A stretch of DNA of 64,000 nucleotides, taken from NCBI GenBank assembly GCA_946965045.2, contig OX337240.1:1302001-1366000 (forward strand), read 5' to 3'. This DNA is from Epithemia pelagica (lineage: Eukaryota > Protista > Bacillariophyta). Under the pieces are notes generated by a model. That model did no database searches and was not told where the DNA came from. It worked only from the letters and a program-made list of their open reading frames with translations. A program made the position numbers and the translations under genes. The number at the start of each line of letters is the position of its first letter. Within the stretch, counting starts at the first letter, position 1. This document shows, piece after piece, positions 57,780 through 64,000 of this stretch.

Positions 57780-59653
57780 CTAGTACGGCTCCAAAATGTA
57801 TTGAATTTGATCGTCGTAAGACATCGCTCCATACTCAAGTAGCACTTCAATGATTTCGTCTTCTTCATCAAATACACGTAGAGCCGCATCCAATAGAGTG
57901 TGCCACGGAAAGCAACACATATTGACATCGTATTCCATTTGGTCAACGAGAAAGTACAAGACATCGCTGTTTCTAGTTGAAAGGGCCTCTTTCACCAGTG
58001 CACATCGTTCATCCATACGGATCGTTCCATCAATGTCATTTTGTTTCATTATATCTTGGCTTGATCGGGCACCGCGTTTCGACAGGTACATCGGAATAGT
58101 TTCATCTTGGTCATAAAAGTAAAGCGCCACATCGAGAAGTGTGAAGGAAAAGTCGCAGGTCATAGAAATATTGTAACTCATCTCCTCCGCGAGAAACTCG
58201 ACAATGTCCATGTGGTTTGACTGAATAGCTGCAGAGATGATTCCGCATTGGCGACTGGGGTCCGTTATTCTTTCTGGGTGTTTTTCAGCGACGTATCGAA
58301 GTGTGTAGAGATCGCCCCTTTGAGCAAGGCCTTCAACATTTGTTAGCAATTCCCATCCATTCGGAAAATCAGCACGGAACGACGACTCCCATGGAGACCC
58401 TTTAAACGATATTAGAGACCACCTCAAGATCGGTAGGAGCACAAAAAATTATCGTCACGTACCTTCGATCAAATACGGTGGTAGTACGGCACTGTTTGGA
58501 GCAGAATCATCTGATTTTGAGTTTTCCATAGGCTCGAAGTGGACGAAGATATTAGCATAATACTTCCCATTCAATGGAAATGGTCGTCCTACCGAATATG
58601 GTGCTGTGAGTTGATGTTCTGAGACCTTTGAGGATCAATGCAAGAGACGGAACGTACCGTGAATGACTGAATGGCTCTCATAAAGAACCATGTCACCTGG
58701 CTTCATCGTGACATTAGTAGCTTTTCCATCATGTCCATAAACCTCTAATACCCAATCTTCCTCGACATCTTGATCTACGTTTATGATAGCAGACGACACT
58801 GTAGACAGGAAACGCAAGTGTTAGAATGTTCAACGAACCAAACAGTGAATCGAAAGATTGTCGTACCTAGAGGTAGCCTGTCTACGTGGGGGAGTAAAAT
58901 AGACTGGTTGTGGTACACTCGAACACCATAAACGGAGCTTCCAGAGAGCTTTTGTCCCGTCCAGTTCTCAAGCAGTGTCCGAGCTTGATTCCAAATAGCG
59001 GCGGAAAGGTTATAGCCACCACCAATCAAGTTAGAATCTTCTGTAGGAAGAATGTTGGTAGGAACAGACCAGCTGTTGTGGTAAGGAGAAGCCCCGTTAA
59101 GTTCGACAGATGTTTCGTCACGATTGTTATCCCAGAACTCCTTGATGAGTCGATACAACGATTCGGGTGCCCGAATCTTTTTGAAACCAGTTTTGGTATA
59201 ATTGACAACACTCTTTGGTTGCTCCACGTTCATCTTTATGCGGATTTTGTTCTCCGCCTCACAATTCTTGTCTCTGCTCACACATTCGGTGATGAAGGTA
59301 TCATAAACGGCTTGCTTGTCAGAATTCAAGATATCATTGGATAAATTTTGCGATGTAATGGCCCATGACGCATCATCGGATGCCGTGTATACAGGAGGGG
59401 CTGGGACTGGAGACGAGACATCCCGTCCTGTGATGAACGACTGGTTTTTTGTCCCTCCCAGGGTATCATCAATTTTGATGGGCAATTGACCAATGCTATC
59501 AAATGCTACCACTGTATCCGGAGCAAAACTTGACTCAGCTTTCGCCAACGTCTTGGTTGCTATAGTCAAGTGGAAAACAGCGCATGTTACCACAACAAAG
59601 AAAAATATACCTGGGCTACGGTTCTGTCCTCCTCGAAGCGTTTTCCTCATCAT
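57780..59653 (-). CDS. Prolyl-hydroxylase-like 2OG-Fe(II) oxygenase with C-terminal ankyrin-like repeats; membrane-anchored or secreted
   Basis: complement join(57780..58399,58463..58588,58658..58798,58867..59653), 557 aa. YGVRVY...PHVD, VSSAIINVDQD, MVLYESHSVIHGRP, ANIFVHFEP. N-terminal hydrophobic segment. Confidence 0.85.
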
Positions 59654-60181
59654 CGATACAGCAATACTTTGAGCACTTCTACACTTGACATGCCAAATGC
59701 CAACAAAAACTTGTGGACTATAGGGGATATGGAAAATATGGTGACCCGAATCGTGTGACGAAACATGAACCCGAACTACTACCAACACGAATAAGTTCGT
59801 GTTTGTTAGGCATGACACGTGCTCGATGTGAAATACATTGTCGCCGGGCTTCTCTATCATATGCTTAAAAAGGAGTATTTTTGTCACCCATCCACGCATG
59901 CTGATCTCGCGCCAGGGGACCTTCACTTCGGCCTTCCCTACATTTCGAAGAGTCCATTCATCTCGCATCCGACAAAAAAAGACATGTGGAAGCAGTGATT
60001 ATAGCTTATAGCGCCAAAGCGACGAAATTCTCTTATCTTATATGGCGTATTGAAAATATGTATTCTCCTTGTGACTTACTATCTGATGAAAACTGTGTTA
60101 AAGGGAAAATTATTTATGTTCAAAGACCGAGTACTCGGTATTGCTTTTAGAAAATCTACAACAGGAGGAGGACAATAGTCG

Positions 60182-61426
60182 TCATCGTGGATGACTACAC
60201 ATGTTGCAGATTGAGTCAATTGGTTTGTTGCGAAAAGTGCATCTGGAACAGTTCCAATGAACACCATTGTTGATTATGTTCTCATCGTCTATCGTCAGGT
60301 CGATAACTTCAACAGATGACAAGGAGGGTTGCTTAGAAGGAGCACCAGCATTTTTCTGCACTTTCGGTACACTTTTGAGACCAGGTCTCTTTCGTTTAAC
60401 CGGTTGAGGATTCGGTTGCTCTCCATCGTATTGAGCACGACTTTTCTTGGTACCTTCCATATCCATTTTCTTTGCAGGTCTTAAGTCTCCAAGAGTTGGA
60501 TCTGTTTGAATTACAACGACTTCCTCTTCATCGCTGCTTTCGCCAGATTGTGATCTATTGATTGTGCAGGGGCGACAACAACGATTTCCACGTAACCGCA
60601 TCTGTTGCTGACGGTGACGGGCCATAGCTGCTGCCACGGCTGCCTCCCGGGGGGTCATCCATTGTTGAAATTGAGAATCCCCTCCCAGCTTCTGTCCATC
60701 CAAGGCTTGTATACGAGCTGTACGGGCTGAAGACGAAGAGTTGCCGTTGGTGCCCGTACCAAGTGTATGTCCCACACCTCCAAACGCCGGCATCGAATCG
60801 GCTCCCAGGCTCAAATTAGATGACATGAGACTCGCATGTTCTTCCAGTATGTCGTCCATGAGTTTGTAGAACTGTTTATTGTGAGGCCCGTATTCGCAGT
60901 GGGCAAGTTCGTGGGCCAACGTTCCCGCTACATCTTCGTAGACATGTAATCGAGATTCGTGATTGGATTTGTTGGGATGTCGCAGTCGTAAATGAATGGT
61001 ATGGCTCTTTTTCCCACCCGACCACGTGGTCCTATTGTACCCCCATATATTGTTCGACATTTTGTGCAATTTCCGCCTTCGGTTTGGTTCGAAATCCAGT
61101 CCATCATTGCAGCAACAAAGTTCGGAAATGGAGACGACGTTGTAACAACGACGTTGAATAATAGGCATAAATTCTCGAACAACTCGTCGAAGCATTTCAA
61201 GCGCCTGCTCAGCTTTGGCCAGAGTCGGAATATGGCATACTTTGGGTGGTACAAAGGAACTGTTGGTAGCGTATTTCTGAGCAAATGTGGACTCCAGCGT
61301 GTTGAAACGGCTGTTGTTGTGGTCGCCTCTCGTAACCTTGGTGCTGCCGGTGTCGGAATCGTTACGACCACTTTCGATCCCTCCATGCAGATCTTTCAAC
61401 GTTACAGGACGATTTGACCGAGGCAT
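60182..61426 (-). CDS. WSS1: Wss1 / WLM-domain DNA-protein crosslink metalloprotease
   Basis: IHLRLR, TLAHELAH (HExxH), GPHNKQFY. SHP-like FGGVGHTLG, VIM REAAVAAAMAR, SIM EVIDLT, RanBP2 finger WNCSRCTFRN...CNMC. Confidence 0.93.
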   Translation of the reverse strand: MPRSNRPVTLKDLHGGIESGRNDSDTGSTKVTRGDHNNSRFNTLESTFAQKYATNSSFVPPKVCHIPTLAKAEQALEMLRRVVREFMPIIQRRCYNVVSISELCCCNDGLDFEPNRRRKLHKMSNNIWGYNRTTWSGGKKSHTIHLRLRHPNKSNHESRLHVYEDVAGTLAHELAHCEYGPHNKQFYKLMDDILEEHASLMSSNLSLGADSMPAFGGVGHTLGTGTNGNSSSSARTARIQALDGQKLGGDSQFQQWMTPREAAVAAAMARHRQQQMRLRGNRCCRPCTINRSQSGESSDEEEVVVIQTDPTLGDLRPAKKMDMEGTKKSRAQYDGEQPNPQPVKRKRPGLKSVPKVQKNAGAPSKQPSLSSVEVIDLTIDDENIINNGVHWNCSRCTFRNKPIDSICNMCSHPR

Positions 61427-61781
61427 GCCTTTTCATGGAATAGTGAGATCAGTTCTGAAGTCTATGCTCTTCTTTGGGAAACATTGGGAAATGGAATATA
61501 GCAGACAGAAACGACGTTTCGCTCTTGGCGCGCCGCATTTGTCGCCGCATCATGCATCTGGATTTGGCGCGGAGTTGTTGGCATCAATTTTCGACGTAGG
61601 GGTTGGCTCTGAGTGGGGCGCAACGAAACCTGTTGCCCCTCTTCGACCCTGACCACACAAGATTCCGCCGCGACGACGCCATTGCCAATCTCGATCTCGA
61701 CATCTCCCAACTTTTGGTCCCTGTTACAAAGTTGCGCCAATTCTCTCAACCCACGTATTTCTACATCAAGAGCTAGACGAA

Positions 61782-62512
61782 ATGGCGGGAGGAAGCAGTT
61801 CGTTGTCTTGCAAGGCCGCATGTCAAATGATTAGCAATGGAAGCAATGCTTCTATGGGCACGTTGATGCTCACCCAGAACGGCGACAAGGTACAAATAAC
61901 TGGGAGTTTAACAGGATTGGGTGGAAGCGCAGGCAAACGTGGTATCTCGGTTTGCACTCATGGTAATCTTTCCAGTGGGGCTCAGTCATGCGGTCCCATT
62001 TTCAACCCTTTCGGTAGGTTTCGTGCGGCTTTCAGTGGCTGGAGGCTGGAGGCAATATGTGTTTTGGTCGTTTGGAGAGAAAGTAATGTCAAACGTGGGT
62101 TTGGCGTCAAGGATAATGCCGAGCAACGTTGATGGACAATGCTAAGATTGCACTGGTGTCGCTGAATTATTTCCTTTGGGAGTTTCAGTGTTGTTGTCTT
62201 CTCTCTTATACACAAATTCGCCCTCATATTCGATCTTGTATCATTGAATCCACAGAAAAGACTCATGGAAGTCCGGAAGATGAATTGCGAATGGTGGGAG
62301 ATTTGGGAAACATTGTTGTAACAGAATCAGGAGATTCTCAAGTGGAGTTGACAGATTCTGTCATTACGTTGCTGGGACCCCATTCAATCATCGGGCGGTC
62401 TATTGTTATTTTCGCAGGCGAAGACGATCAAGGGAGAGGGGGACACGAGAACTCGTTGCAGACCGGTAATGCTGGGCCTCGAATTGCCGCTGGAGTAGTT
62501 GGACTTGCGTAG
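61782..62512 (+). CDS. Cu/Zn superoxide-dismutase-fold protein lacking copper ligands (probable pseudo-enzyme)
   Basis: join(61782..62013,62256..62512), 162 aa. GPIFNP, THGSPEDELRMVGDLGN, SIIGRSIV and TGNAGPRIAAGVVG align without gaps to the SOD1 core. Confidence 0.9.
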
Positions 62513-62791
62513 ATGAAGGTATACTTTACCCCTAGATGATCTTGATCCTATCGTTTGAGTTTCAACACTTTTACCTTTTAATATGCTACTGAGTACCCAA
62601 TCAACACTGCTGTCTGAGATTTCTTCATTAAATGTGTCTACCTGAGAAAAGCTACATTCAAATTGAATTCTGACATGCAAGTCCATGCGTCTAAGGAGGC
62701 CGTAGCTTTGGAGGACGAGTATATAATCAATATAATGGCATTTCACTGCTCACAAACCTCCGTCGAGGCGAGGCCATTGAACCTTCGCGTG

Positions 62792-64000
62792 CTACAACAG
62801 CTTAGTTACAACACCCGTTCCTACTGTCATTCCTCCTTCACGTAAATTGAAGCGCAGTCCGGGTTCTAGAGCCAGCGGGAAGATGATCTCAGCAGTGATT
62901 GTTGTGTTGTCGCCAGGCATGACCATCTCGGTGCCTTCTTTAAGCGTGATGGCCCCATTGACATCGGCTGTTCGGAAAAAGAACTGCGGTTTGTAGTTAC
63001 TCATGAAAGGCGTGTGACGACCACCCTCGTCTTGTTTGAGGCAATAAATTTCGGCTTCGAACTTTGTGGTCGTCTTGGCATAGCCTGGAGCGGCCAACAC
63101 TTGTCCCCTAGTCACATCATCACGCTTCAAACTTCGAAGCAATGCACCAATATTGTCACCTGCTTGGCCTTGGTCCAACAACTTTTTGAACATTTCCACA
63201 CCAGTGCAGGTTGTTTTCTGGTCTTTGCCCATACCAAGGACTTCCAGTTCATCACCAACTTTAACAATACCTTGTTCCACTCGACCAGTGACTACCGTTC
63301 CACGACCGGGAATCGAGAATGTATCTTCAATCGGCATCAAAAATGGCTTATCAAGATCACGAACGGGTTCTGGAATGTGTTCATCCACCGCATTCATGAG
63401 TTCCATCACTTTGTCGGCACCAATTTCTGGATCTCTACTTTCGGCAGCAGCCAACGCAGAACCCCGAATAATCGGAATATTGTCCGCATCAAAATCATAG
63501 AACTCCAAAAGCTCGCGAATTTCCATTTCTACCAATTCCAAAAGTTCCTCATCGTCTACCATGTCGCACTTGTTGAGGAAAACAACCAAATTCGGAATGC
63601 CCACTTGTTTTGCCAGCAAAATGTGTTCACGAGTTTGTGGCATGGGACCGTCAGTGGCGGCGACTACCAAGATTCCACCATCCATTTGCGCAGCGCCTGT
63701 AATCATGTTCTTCACGTAATCAGCATGCCCTGGACTGTTGACGGGAAAGGCAAGCAACATCGTAATATCGTGAGAAGGACCATGCAATGGTTATGGAACT
63801 AGCAAGTGGGTCATCAAGCGTGACAAACAAGACTTATGCCATCAGAATCTCGCGCGAGAGACGTACCAATCAATGTGACCATAATGTCTAGTGTCGGTTT
63901 CGTATTCAATATGACTTGTGTTGATGGTAATTTTACGAGCTTTCTCCTCTGGCGCCTTGTCGATGTCTTCATAAGTCATGGCTTTGGAATAGCCCTTTTC
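62792..64000 (-). CDS. TUFM: Mitochondrial elongation factor Tu, 5'-partial
   Basis: complement join(62792..63734,63867..>64000). Intron splits HIDC|[39 protein letters not shown]. The intron shows it is nuclear. Confidence 0.96.

Noticed and set aside
17053-61426. Apparent cluster of chromosome and cell-cycle genes (CAP-G, HOP2, APC13, Wss1) or of RNA-modification genes
   Set aside because: They are interspersed with unrelated genes; nothing in the sequence shows co-regulation, and such density is expected in a compact genome.
63014-63802. 262-aa plus-strand ORF
   Set aside because: Antisense shadow of EF-Tu.
62792-64000. EF-Tu as bacterial contamination or plastid tufA
   Set aside because: A spliceosomal intron (63735-63866) splits the DCPGH motif, indicating the nuclear mitochondrial gene.
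1-64000. CRISPR arrays, rRNA, tRNA, telomeric repeats
   Set aside because: None recognisable by eye; a tRNAscan/Infernal run would be needed to exclude small RNAs.

Overview
Gene-dense eukaryotic nuclear DNA. It has short GT-AG spliceosomal introns, a bipartite plastid-targeting presequence, and nuclear mitochondrial PDH-E1a and EF-Tu. Families such as DUF6824, RNI-like LRR and 2OG-oxygenase+ankyrin point to a diatom, probably pennate (inference). I reconstruct about 30 protein-coding genes, many multi-exon, and see no tRNA, rRNA, CRISPR array or intact transposon. Housekeeping genes: SAC3/GANP, RluA, CWF19L1, condensin CAP-G, bestrophin, PDHA1, THADA/Trm732, ALKBH6, HMG-box, WDR5-like, CCT, IMP3, APC13, Wss1 and mitochondrial EF-Tu. 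Most notable observations: (1) a four-exon, ~793-aa gene split across several track ORFs whose C-terminus is a clear HOP2 (PSMC3IP) domain, behind a long acidic region and a Cys-rich module; (2) a Cu/Zn-SOD-fold protein that has lost all four copper ligands and its disulfide; (3) an intron-containing bacterial-type M23 metallopeptidase; (4) a Pro-rich protein with three exact 44-aa repeats of a bHLH-like basic motif; (5) two dispersed paralogs of a kinase-less KA1-like family; (6) 30- and 29-nt micro-exons in a DUF6824 gene; (7) recurrent intergenic motifs. All family assignments come from recognising motifs by eye; no database searches were run.
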